Below are positions 18,902-28,227 of a DNA stretch of 64,000 nucleotides, one piece after another (position 1 is the stretch's first letter; each line of letters begins with the position of its first letter). The stretch is from Chlamydiota bacterium. GTDB taxonomy: Bacteria; Chlamydiota; Chlamydiia; Chlamydiales; SM23-39. Location of the stretch: assembly GCA_027451825.1 (NCBI GenBank), contig DAIDHZ010000001.1, forward strand, positions 96,745 to 160,744, written 5' to 3'. The notes beneath the pieces were generated by a model. It worked only from the letters and a program-made list of their open reading frames with translations. It ran no database searches and was not told the DNA's origin. Made by a program: the position numbers and the translations under genes.

Positions 18902-21520
18902 TTACAAATGACCAAACAACATAGGCCAGTACTTCTTTCTCGCTGTTTCTACAACAAAACTCACAGCGGCAGGGATCAAAACAATGAACCAATCATTCAA
19001 AGATAAAGCCGTTGTATAAAACAATCCTTGAAATAAAGGAACATATACAATCAGCATGTGCAACAGAGCAGCAATCCCAATCGAAGCAATAAGAGGTACA
19101 TTCGTAAAGAAACCAAGCTGTTTTAAAGTGAATACCGAAGAGCGCAAATGAAGAGCCATCGTCCATTCAAAAACAACAAGGCAAGAAAGCACCATCGTTC
19201 TTGTTTTCTCTATAGAAAGAGAAGACAATCCATAAAGAAAGACAAAAACAGAACCCAGCCCTAACAAAAGAGCTAAAAAACTAATCCGATACGCCATTTT
19301 CCGAGAAATCAATTTCGATTCCGGATGTCGAGGAGGCATCTGCATTTCAGTCCCACTTTTTTCTTCAAACCCTAAAGGGATCGCGATCAATGAACCTGAA
19401 ATCAAATTCACCCAAAGAATCTGCAAGGGCAAAATCGGCGCAAGCCCCGTGAGAGAAACATTGAGAATTAAACCGATAAGCTCTCCAAAACAAGTCATCA
19501 GAAAAAAAGAGCAAATGTTTTGCAATCTAGAAAAAATAGATCTTCCCTCTTCAATAGCCGAAACAATGGTATCAAAACGATCATCTGCCAAAATCATGTC
19601 AGCCGATTCTTTGGCAACATCAGTTCCTGTAATTCCCATGGCAATTCCAATATTTGCAGCCTCTAAAGCCGGAGCATCGTTCACACCGTCTCCCGTCATC
19701 GCAACCACATGGCCTAATTTCTGAAACTCTTTGACTAATTTCAATTTATGAGAGGGTTCTACCCGTGCAAACACAGAGGTTTCTTGCAATACATCCCTTA
19801 AAGAATCTTCCTGCAAAAATTCTAAATCTTCTCCTGTCACAACATGATCTGATGAAATACCAAGCTCTTCTGCGATGGCTGCCGCTGTCATCGGATTATC
19901 TCCGGTCATCATCACCACTCGAATCTCCGCCATTTTACACGACTCAATCGACTGAATGACCTCTTTTCTTGGAGGATCAATCATCCCAAACATTCCCGCA
20001 AAAATAAGATGATTTGAAAAACTCTCTTCTTTCAACTCAAAGGGTTTCTCACTTTCTAAATACGCAACAGCAATCAAACGAAGCGCTCGATTTGTCATCT
20101 CTTGAATCGCAAGATCGATCTTTTTTCTTTCATTTTCCTCAAAAGCGATCACTTGAGATCCCGACAAAACAAAACGGCTCATGGATAAAATCGTTTCAGG
20201 AGCTCCTTTCACACAAATTAAAAAACGGCCCTGATCCTTATGAAGAGTCGCCATATAACAATTTTCACTGATAAAAGGAATCTCTGCTCTTCTTTGAAAT
20301 TTCTGTCTTAAAAGAGAAAGGTCCTCTCCTAAATAAAGAGCCGCCTCTAAAATCGCGATTTCCGTCGGATCTCCCATAAATTCAAAAGAAGTTCCTTTAT
20401 GAACAAAGTGAGCATCATTGCAAAGAACTCCAATCTTCAATACTTGATGAAGCGTCTCTTTTTGAAAAGGAACATGTTGAATCTGTCCATTGACAAAAAT
20501 CGATTTCACAGTCATCTGATTCTGAGTCAAGGTACCCGTTTTATCCGAACAGATGAGAGTTGTCGCACCTAAAGTCTCAACAGAGCTCAATTTACGAATA
20601 ATGGCGTTTTTTTTAGCCATGAGACGCACACCATTTGCAAAGGTGATCGTAAATGCGGCAGGAAGACCTTCCGGAATTGCAGAAATCGCAGCTGCAACTG
20701 CTAAAAAAATCACATCAAGCCATTGCATCCCTCGATACAAACTGATCAAAGCTATCAAAGAAACGATCACTCCAATCGCAAGAAGCATCCAATACCCAAT
20801 CGACTGAATATTTTTTTGTAAAGGAGTTGTCTGAGGTTGAATCTCGTGAAGACTTTTTGCAATACGTCCAATCTGAGTCGACATTCCCGTGCTTGTCACA
20901 ACAGCTTTTGCCTTTCCTCGAACAACCACCGTCCCTGCATACACCATATTCTTTCGATCAAATACAGATGCAGGACGATCTATTGTTTGCATCGTTTTCT
21001 CACAAGGCAAAGATTCTCCTGTCAACATCGCCTCTTTTGTCATCAACTCACGAACATCAATCAATCGAGCATCTGCAGGAATAGTATCTCCGATTTCTAA
21101 AAAAATGATGTCTCCCGGAACTAAAAATTCCGATAAAACCACTTGGATTTTACCATCTCTTTTCACCTTCGATTTATGAGCTGCAAGCTTTCTTAAAGAA
21201 GCAATGGATTTTTCAGCTTTCATCTCCTGAAAAAAGCCGATCATCCCCATGAAAAACACGGTTGCAAAAAGCACGATCCCGTCAACAACGCCTTGCGTAA
21301 ACAATTTCAAAATAGCAGCAACGATCAAAATCAAAACAAAGGGCGTGAAAAACTGCTGAAAAAAAATATTCCAAAGGGAGCGATCCTTAAATGTCCCCAA
21401 TTGATTCAGCCCTTCCGTTTTAAGCCGCTCCTTTGCAAAATCACTCTTTAAACCATCTTCATTGCTCTGAAGCAAAAAAAGAGTTTCATCAATCGATTTT
21501 AAATACCAGCCATCTTCCAT
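18902..21520 (-). CDS. P-type cation-transporting ATPase (type II, PacL/SERCA-like)
   Basis: 872 aa. DKTGTLT phosphorylation motif, PEGLP, TGDN, and the TGDGVNDAPAL hinge. About 10 TM helices. Confidence 0.85.
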   Translation of the reverse strand: MEDGWYLKSIDETLFLLQSNEDGLKSDFAKERLKTEGLNQLGTFKDRSLWNIFFQQFFTPFVLILIVAAILKLFTQGVVDGIVLFATVFFMGMIGFFQEMKAEKSIASLRKLAAHKSKVKRDGKIQVVLSEFLVPGDIIFLEIGDTIPADARLIDVRELMTKEAMLTGESLPCEKTMQTIDRPASVFDRKNMVYAGTVVVRGKAKAVVTSTGMSTQIGRIAKSLHEIQPQTTPLQKNIQSIGYWMLLAIGVIVSLIALISLYRGMQWLDVIFLAVAAAISAIPEGLPAAFTITFANGVRLMAKKNAIIRKLSSVETLGATTLICSDKTGTLTQNQMTVKSIFVNGQIQHVPFQKETLHQVLKIGVLCNDAHFVHKGTSFEFMGDPTEIAILEAALYLGEDLSLLRQKFQRRAEIPFISENCYMATLHKDQGRFLICVKGAPETILSMSRFVLSGSQVIAFEENERKKIDLAIQEMTNRALRLIAVAYLESEKPFELKEESFSNHLIFAGMFGMIDPPRKEVIQSIESCKMAEIRVVMMTGDNPMTAAAIAEELGISSDHVVTGEDLEFLQEDSLRDVLQETSVFARVEPSHKLKLVKEFQKLGHVVAMTGDGVNDAPALEAANIGIAMGITGTDVAKESADMILADDRFDTIVSAIEEGRSIFSRLQNICSFFLMTCFGELIGLILNVSLTGLAPILPLQILWVNLISGSLIAIPLGFEEKSGTEMQMPPRHPESKLISRKMAYRISFLALLLGLGSVFVFLYGLSSLSIEKTRTMVLSCLVVFEWTMALHLRSSVFTLKQLGFFTNVPLIASIGIAALLHMLIVYVPLFQGLFYTTALSLNDWFIVLIPAAVSFVVETARKKYWPMLFGHL

Positions 21521-22163
21521 AATCTACTCGATATCTACCCAGGATATTTCACACAAGAAATTTTATATTTTCATTTTTAGCGTCTTCGCAACTTGGTCTT
21601 TGCGTTATAATCAAATCAAACATTGGATTTTACCGAGATTGGGACTCATAGAAATGGTTAAATCTTCGAGAGCTACAGCCAAGGCAACATGAAAGTCAAG
21701 ATACACCTAACACACCTGATGTACCTGATACGCTTGATAAATTCGTTCCAAAAAGCCGGGGCCTAACTCCTTCATCACCTCAAAACAACATCCCAAAATA
21801 GTCCTTGTTAATGCGGGTTGTGGTAACTCTCTTTTATTTTTTTCATCATGCGTATCAAGCATATCTTGTTCATCTTGTTTTGACGTTGCCGCACTTCAGA
21901 CTTAAGGAAGCGCAGATTGCAGGAGCTTCAACAAGTCTAAATTTGTCTCTTACGAGAGTTTTTGTCATTCCAATGCGAGAGTGGCAAGCGTCAGCTGAAC
22001 CCGTTAAATTCATACGGACATTATGACGTCAAGTGAAATTTTTATGCATCAAATTTTTGATTCGCTTCCGTGCATCATCCATGGCAACATTCATCTTGCT
22101 ATTAACCCGGCAGGCACTCACTTATTTGCCTGCCGGGTTAATAATATTTTCAAACTCCCTTTA

Positions 22164-22328
22164 TATACCGAAAAAAATTCAAGAATCGGTTTTGGGCGGT
22201 GTCGGCTTTATCTCAAAATTCGGATTCTCACTCGTGCCTTGCCCATTGGGCAATGGTCACTCGCTCCGAATGCAAATTTTGAGAAGCCTCCTTGCCCAAT
22301 TCCCGATTCTTGAATCATTTTCGGTATA
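22164..22328 (+). mobile_element. MITE copy 1 (165 bp), TIRs tataccgaaaa...attcaagaatcgg / ccgattcttgaatcattttcggtata
   Basis: Near-identical copies at 48858..49068 (211 bp, same orientation), 23322..23450 (inverted, internally deleted), 45247..45410 (inverted, diverged) and a fragment at 13845..13976. Accounts for several spurious ORFs (EKNSRIGFGRCRLYLKIRILTRALPIGQW...). Confidence 0.8.
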
Positions 22329-22415
22329 CATTCCAAATTCAAACAAAAATAACATTTTATTAATGTTCATTAAACTGTATAATTACAACAAACAAACTCT
22401 AATAATAGATTAAAA

Positions 22416-23333
22416 ATGACAGCCACAGTTTCATACATAAAAAAATTTAATTTACCTTCTATAGATCAAATTTCTAACAAAAATTTGATTATCACCGCCC
22501 TTGGAGCCTTAGCCGTATTAGGAGGAGTAGGAATAGCAGCAAGATATTTAATGCAACCCTATCAGGGCAAAGATGAATGGGATTATCGATTGTTCCTAAC
22601 AACCAATGAAAAAGGCCAAGAAGCAACTCTTGATCGATTGAGCAAAGAACCCCGCTCCGGAAATACAATCATGGGAGTATCCGGATTCTTTGTATTCAAT
22701 GCTGCTGCTGCAAGAACACAACCGGACGATCTTTCCATTCTACTCGTTGACTGTAGTAAAAGGGTTGAATTCTTTTGGAAAAACATCCTTCCAAAACTTC
22801 AAAGAGCCAATGACCGCATCGATGCAATGACCTGCATATGCAATGAATTAACAAGCAATGCAAATAGATACTACCACCCTGAAGAAGTTTCAAAATTTAC
22901 AGCAGTCAATGGTCAAATACAAGAAGCAAAACCGGAAGATCCTAAACAAGAAAGACTCACTCCGGATCTTTTTGTGCGAGGTTCTGTCATTCCATCTTTA
23001 ATGAATGAAGTCCGTAACGGATCGAGTTGGTTATCTACGGATGAAAAATTCAAAAAAATTCAAAAGATTTTCAATGAAAAGAGATTTCATTTTAAGCTTA
23101 TTGATTTATTAAATCCTAAATCAGCTCAAGAACTCAAAGAGTTCGCCAAAAAACATCAGCTAACAATCGATACTTTGTATTTTTCAAATGTATTCTCTCC
23201 TATCTATAATTACGCAACATCTGAAGAAAGCCTTCAAAATCGTCATGCCCTCATTCAAGAACTTAGCTCTCGAGGGACAATCATCATCGAAGCCAATGAT
23301 CTAGAGCGGAATCAGACAATATACATAAAATGA
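22416..23333 (+). CDS. Hypothetical membrane-anchored protein (305 aa)
   Basis: N-terminal TM (LIITALGALAVLGGVGIAA), no recognisable domain. Its last codons and stop lie inside the terminal sequence of the inverted MITE copy. Confidence 0.45.
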   Translation: MTATVSYIKKFNLPSIDQISNKNLIITALGALAVLGGVGIAARYLMQPYQGKDEWDYRLFLTTNEKGQEATLDRLSKEPRSGNTIMGVSGFFVFNAAAARTQPDDLSILLVDCSKRVEFFWKNILPKLQRANDRIDAMTCICNELTSNANRYYHPEEVSKFTAVNGQIQEAKPEDPKQERLTPDLFVRGSVIPSLMNEVRNGSSWLSTDEKFKKIQKIFNEKRFHFKLIDLLNPKSAQELKEFAKKHQLTIDTLYFSNVFSPIYNYATSEESLQNRHALIQELSSRGTIIIEANDLERNQTIYIK

Positions 23334-23450
23334 TTCAAGAATCGGGAAATGGAGGACGAAGCATTGCTTCGCCTAAAATAGCGAGTTTCTCGCCATTGGG
23401 CAAGGAAGCCGACACCGCCCAAAACCGATTCTTGAATCTTTTTCGGTATA
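23322..23450 (-). mobile_element. MITE copy 2 (inverted, internally deleted, 129 bp)
   Basis: tgattcaagaatcggg...gccgacaccgcccaaaaccgattcttgaatctttttcggtata is the reverse complement of both ends of the family. Confidence 0.7.
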
Positions 23451-23518
23451 GAAATTGTTTGATTGCAAAAAAACCGTCTTATTGCAAAATGCAAATTATA
23501 AATTAAAAAGACCGACTC

Positions 23519-24343
23519 ATGAAACATTTCATTTTCGCCGCTCTTCTTATAGCCTCTATAATTGGAACGCTCTTCTACCTATTTCAGCCGAAAGAAAATC
23601 CTCATCTCCTCACTCTTTATGGCAATGTCGACGTCCGCTTAGTCGATATTGGGTTTCGAGTTCAAGGACAAGTCAACGAACTCTTTTTTGAAGAAGGAGA
23701 ATTTGTCAAGCAAGGGACTCTATTAACCACTCTTGATAAAACACCATATGACAGCAAACTCAATCAGGCAATCGCCACTTTAGAAGCGCTCAAAGCCAAC
23801 CTCATCAACGCCGAAATTCTTTTGGAAAGACGCAAAGAACTCATTGGGGTTGGAGGCGTCTCTCAAGAAGATTTAGACAATGCAAAAGCAAAAAGAGACG
23901 AAGCCATGTCAGCAGTGATTGGCGCAGAAGCCAATGTCAATGTTGCCTTAGATGATCTCAAATACACAGAGGCCTATGCTCCGAATGACGGAATCATCTT
24001 AACAAGAGTCAGAGAACCGGGCTCCGTTGTCAATCCAACCGATCCCGTTTATACACTCTCTTTAAGTTGCCCTATCTGGATCCGTGCCTATGTAGCGGAA
24101 CCGGATCTTGGGAAAGTCAAATATGGCATGAAAGCCAAAGTCTTGACTGATTTAAAAAATGGTCCTGTCTATACAGGATATGTAGGCTTTATTTCTCCCA
24201 TTGCCGAATTTACCCCCAAAACCGTCCAAACAACAGAGCTTAGAACAGATCTTGTCTACCGTCTTCGAATCTATATCGACAATCCCGATCAAATCCTCAA
24301 ACAAGGAATGCCTGTAACAGTAAAACTCGCAGTTGATCCATGA
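23519..24343 (+). CDS. HlyD-family membrane fusion (periplasmic adaptor) protein
   Basis: N-terminal TM anchor, coiled-coil segment, and C-terminal beta-barrel-like region. First gene of the efflux operon with overlapping stops and starts. Confidence 0.75.
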   Translation: MKHFIFAALLIASIIGTLFYLFQPKENPHLLTLYGNVDVRLVDIGFRVQGQVNELFFEEGEFVKQGTLLTTLDKTPYDSKLNQAIATLEALKANLINAEILLERRKELIGVGGVSQEDLDNAKAKRDEAMSAVIGAEANVNVALDDLKYTEAYAPNDGIILTRVREPGSVVNPTDPVYTLSLSCPIWIRAYVAEPDLGKVKYGMKAKVLTDLKNGPVYTGYVGFISPIAEFTPKTVQTTELRTDLVYRLRIYIDNPDQILKQGMPVTVKLAVDP

Positions 24344-26007
24344 TTGAGATTCAAAACGTCTCTCATCGATTTTCTTCTTCTCTACCGCTTGTTCTCGACA
24401 ATATCAACGTCTCTTTACCGGAAGGAAAACTCATCGGACTTGTAGGTCCCGATGGAGCCGGAAAAACAACTCTTTTGCGTCTCTTAGCTGGACTTCTTCT
24501 TCCAACGTCCGGAAAAATTCTGATATCCGGACTCAATACCATAGAAAATCAAGAACAAATTTCCTCCCTCATTGGATACATGCCTCAAAAATTTGGTCTT
24601 TATGAAGATTTGAGCGTCATTGAAAATCTAGAATTATATGCCAACTTAAGAGGAATAGATCCTTCTCAAAAACAAAAAACATTTGATAAACTACTCTCAT
24701 TTAGCAATTTATCTCCTTTCACTCAAAGACTTGCAAGAAACCTATCCGGAGGCATGAAACAAAAATTAGGACTTGCCTGCGCTCTGATTAAAACGCCCAA
24801 AATTCTTCTTCTTGATGAGCCCAGTGTCGGAGTCGATCCTATCTCTCGAAAAGACCTATGGGACATGGTCACTCAACTCCTCGATGGACATCTCACCATT
24901 CTTTGGAGCACCGCCTATCTCGATGAAGCTACAAAATGCGATACCACTCTTCTTCTCAATGTTGGGAAACTCCAATTTTTTGGGCTTCCTCAAGATCTCA
25001 CAAATCAAGTGAAGGACCATGTTTTTAAAATAGAAAACGTATCCGATAAACGAAACACTTTAAAAACCATCATCAAAGAAGAAAATATCCTCGATGCCGT
25101 TTTAGAAGGAAACGACATTCGACTGATCGTGAAAAATCCAAAGACAATCCAAGATCCTTCTTTTCAAAAAACAGAACCTCGTTTTGAGGATGCTTTTGTT
25201 CATCTTCTCGGGGGCATGTGCACACGCGAATCTCAATTTGCAAACATTCTTCCCAAAATCCAAGAATTGAAACAGTTTCCAATTACCGCTCAAAATCTCA
25301 CAAAAGCATTTGATCACTTCATTGCTGCTCAAGATGTTTCTTTTCAAGTTGCCAAAGGAGAAATCTTTGGGCTTTTAGGACCAAATGGGGCCGGGAAATC
25401 AACAACATTCAGAATGCTTTCTGGACTTTTAACTCCAACACAAGGAAGAGCCTTCATCAATGAAATTGAAATGGAAAAATTCCCAAACATTGCCAAATCC
25501 TACATTGGTTATATGGCGCAAAAATTTTCACTCTATGGATCTTTAACCGTCAAACAGAATCTCCTTTTTTTTTCAGGAGCTTATAACATCAAAAATCCCA
25601 AAGAAAATATCCAAAAAATGATCGATATGTTTGCTCTTTCTCCTTATCTCAATGAACCTGCGGATCAAATTCCTTTAGGATTTAAACAAAAACTCTCTCT
25701 TGCAATCGCAACCATGCACTTCCCGGATATTTTATTTTTAGATGAGCCCACTTCCGGCATGGACCCCATTGCAAGAAGAGAATTCTGGATGCATGCCAAT
25801 GAACTCGCAAGCCAAGGACGCACAATAATGGTCACGACACATTTTATGGAAGAAGCTGAAAACTGCGATCGAATTGCTCTCCTCTACCGAGGCAAAGTCA
25901 TTCACTTAGGGACCTCTAATGAATTAAAAGAGCTCACACAATCAACTTCCTTAGACGAAACTTTTGTCAAACTCATTCGAGAATACGATGCAGCACACCC
26001 CCTTTAG
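24340..26007 (+). CDS. ABC transporter ATP-binding protein with two fused ATPase domains (YbhF-like)
   Basis: Two Walker A motifs (GPDGAGKTT, GPNGAGKST), two LSGG signatures (LSGGMKQK; Q-loop), and two Walker B motifs (LLLDEPS, LFLDEPT). Confidence 0.85.
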   Translation: MIEIQNVSHRFSSSLPLVLDNINVSLPEGKLIGLVGPDGAGKTTLLRLLAGLLLPTSGKILISGLNTIENQEQISSLIGYMPQKFGLYEDLSVIENLELYANLRGIDPSQKQKTFDKLLSFSNLSPFTQRLARNLSGGMKQKLGLACALIKTPKILLLDEPSVGVDPISRKDLWDMVTQLLDGHLTILWSTAYLDEATKCDTTLLLNVGKLQFFGLPQDLTNQVKDHVFKIENVSDKRNTLKTIIKEENILDAVLEGNDIRLIVKNPKTIQDPSFQKTEPRFEDAFVHLLGGMCTRESQFANILPKIQELKQFPITAQNLTKAFDHFIAAQDVSFQVAKGEIFGLLGPNGAGKSTTFRMLSGLLTPTQGRAFINEIEMEKFPNIAKSYIGYMAQKFSLYGSLTVKQNLLFFSGAYNIKNPKENIQKMIDMFALSPYLNEPADQIPLGFKQKLSLAIATMHFPDILFLDEPTSGMDPIARREFWMHANELASQGRTIMVTTHFMEEAENCDRIALLYRGKVIHLGTSNELKELTQSTSLDETFVKLIREYDAAHPL

Positions 26008-27118
26008 TATCAGACGAGTCAGAGCTCTTGTGCGTAAAGAGTTTTTACAAATTCTAAGAGATCCAAGCAGTATTCTCATTAGTGTTTTAATCCCACTTCT
26101 TCTTCTTTTTCTTTATGGATACGGCGTTTCTTTAGATTTAAATCATCTCAAACTAGGCCTTGTGATGGAAGACACATCTCCTGATGCTCAAAACTTTGCA
26201 AAGTGTCTTTTTAATTCACCCTATTTTGATGTGGAAGTTTCTCGAGAAAGAGACTCTCTTTATCAAAAACTAGAAAAAGGCTCCATTCGAGGCGTCGTTG
26301 TGATTCCATCTTATTTTTCACAATTTCTACAAGACAAAAACCAAATTGCGCCCATCCAAGTCATTGCCGACGGAAGTGAAGTCAACACTGCTAATTTCGT
26401 TCAATATTATCTACAAGGCGCTTTTGAAACATTCATTGCCCAAGAAGCAATCCAAGGATCGCCGGAGATATCTCTCATCCAACCTCTCCCAAGATTTTGG
26501 TACAATGAACAGTTAGAGAGCCGTTTTTTTCTTCTCTCCGGATCTCTTGCCATCATCATGACACTCATTGGAGCTCTTTTAACAGCGCTTGTCGTTGCAA
26601 GAGAATGGGAAAGAGGCACTATGGAAGCGCTCCTTGCGACAGAAGTGACAAAAGAAGAGCTCATTTTAAGTAAAGTACTCCCCTACTTCATCCTAGGGAT
26701 TTTCTCAATGATCCTTTGCAGCTTAGTGTCGACCCTCTATTATGGGCTCCCTTTCCGAGGATCTAGTTTCGCTCTTTTATTTTCTTCGTCTTGCTTTTTA
26801 TTGTCCTCTTTAGGGCTCGGCCTTTTAATCTCCACTTTATCCAAAGTTCAAGTCGTAGCTTCGCAAATCACTTTAATGCTTGCATTTCTACCTGCCTATA
26901 TTTTGTCCGGTTTTCTTTTTGAAATTTCCAGCATGCCCCTCTTCATCCGTTTTTTAACCTATCTCATGCCGGCTAGATATTTTGTTCAAAATTTACAAAC
27001 TCTATTTTTAGTTGGAAACGTTTGGCATCTCACTTTATATAACAATTGCATCATGCTTCTTTTTGCGTTGGTTGTTTTTTTCATCACCATTAAAATCACC
27101 AAAAAAAGGCTGGTATAA
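25964..27118 (+). CDS. ABC-2 family permease (YbhS-like)
   Basis: 384 aa, N-terminal TM then a large periplasmic loop plus 5 C-terminal TM segments, typical of ABC-2. Start may be the internal Met at 25988. Confidence 0.7.
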   Translation: MSNSFENTMQHTPFSIRRVRALVRKEFLQILRDPSSILISVLIPLLLLFLYGYGVSLDLNHLKLGLVMEDTSPDAQNFAKCLFNSPYFDVEVSRERDSLYQKLEKGSIRGVVVIPSYFSQFLQDKNQIAPIQVIADGSEVNTANFVQYYLQGAFETFIAQEAIQGSPEISLIQPLPRFWYNEQLESRFFLLSGSLAIIMTLIGALLTALVVAREWERGTMEALLATEVTKEELILSKVLPYFILGIFSMILCSLVSTLYYGLPFRGSSFALLFSSSCFLLSSLGLGLLISTLSKVQVVASQITLMLAFLPAYILSGFLFEISSMPLFIRFLTYLMPARYFVQNLQTLFLVGNVWHLTLYNNCIMLLFALVVFFITIKITKKRLV

Positions 27119-28227
27119 TGAAACAACGCATCTTGGCGCTCATTTGGAAAGAAATCCTTGCCGTTCTTTTTGATTCTAAAAGCCGCATTTCCATCATTTT
27201 ACCTCCCATTATTCAACTTCTAATCTTTGCTTATGCAGCAACTTTAGATGTAAAAAATGTCGATATTGCCGTCTTCAATAAAGATAGCGGTGAAAGATCT
27301 TTTGAACTGATTCAACGTCTTAGAGGATCTTCTATCTTTCATACAATTTCTTACTTAGAAAGAGAAGAAGACATCGCACCCTATATCGATGTTCAAAAAG
27401 GACTCATGGTGATCTCTTTTGATGAACAATTTTCTCGCAATATCAACATGAAAAAGAAAGCAGATGTGCAACTCATTTTTGATGGAAGAAAATCCAATTC
27501 CGCCCAAATTCTATCCGGATATCTCTCTCAAATCATCAATAGCTACAACGTCGACATCACTCAAGAAGTTTTGAAAAAAGAGCCGAAATCCGCCCTCATC
27601 CAACGGAACTGGTTCAACCCAAATCTACTCTATATCTGGTATAACATCCCATGTCTTGTGTGCACCCTTTCAATGCTCACTTGTCTTGTGGTGACGACCC
27701 ATTCTGTAGCAAGAGAAAGAGAACTGGGGACCTTTGATCAGCTCCTTGTATCCCCTCTTCTTCCAGGAGAAATTGTCATTGGGAAACTCATTCCCGGAAT
27801 CATCATTGGAACCTTGGAAGGCCTCTTCATGGTTGCTATGGGTGTTTTTGTCTTTGGAGTTCCTTTTACAGGCTCTTTTCTTTTATTTCTTTTCAGTCTC
27901 CTTGTTTTTGTCACAGCAATCAGCGGAGTTGGGATTTTTATTTCCTCTCTTTGCTATACACAACAACAAGCTATGTTAGGATCATTTACTTTTATGCTTC
28001 CCTCTGTTTTGCTCTCAGGATTTGCAACGCCCATTGAAAATATGCCCTCTTGGCTACAACCGATTACCTATTTAATTCCACTCAGATACATGCTCATCAT
28101 TTCAAAAGGGATCTTTTTAAAAGCGCTTCCTTCTTTATTCATCTTTCAAAATGTCTACCCCATGATCATCATTTCTTGCATTACGCTCATCGGCTCCGGC
28201 ATTTTCTTTCGCAAGAGGATTTTATGA
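27118..28227 (+). CDS. ABC-2 family permease (YbhR-like)
   Basis: 369 aa, same topology as the previous gene. The stop overlaps the next start (ATGA). Confidence 0.7.
   Translation: MKQRILALIWKEILAVLFDSKSRISIILPPIIQLLIFAYAATLDVKNVDIAVFNKDSGERSFELIQRLRGSSIFHTISYLEREEDIAPYIDVQKGLMVISFDEQFSRNINMKKKADVQLIFDGRKSNSAQILSGYLSQIINSYNVDITQEVLKKEPKSALIQRNWFNPNLLYIWYNIPCLVCTLSMLTCLVVTTHSVARERELGTFDQLLVSPLLPGEIVIGKLIPGIIIGTLEGLFMVAMGVFVFGVPFTGSFLLFLFSLLVFVTAISGVGIFISSLCYTQQQAMLGSFTFMLPSVLLSGFATPIENMPSWLQPITYLIPLRYMLIISKGIFLKALPSLFIFQNVYPMIIISCITLIGSGIFFRKRIL

Noticed and set aside
22023-22413. ORFs 22023..22313 and 22033..22413, and also 23312..23527, 45141..45428, 45290..45472, 48843..49088
   Set aside because: Each lies within or across MITE copies and shares repeat-derived peptide strings (e.g. 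RIGFGRCRLYLKIRILTRALPIGQW). Not genes.
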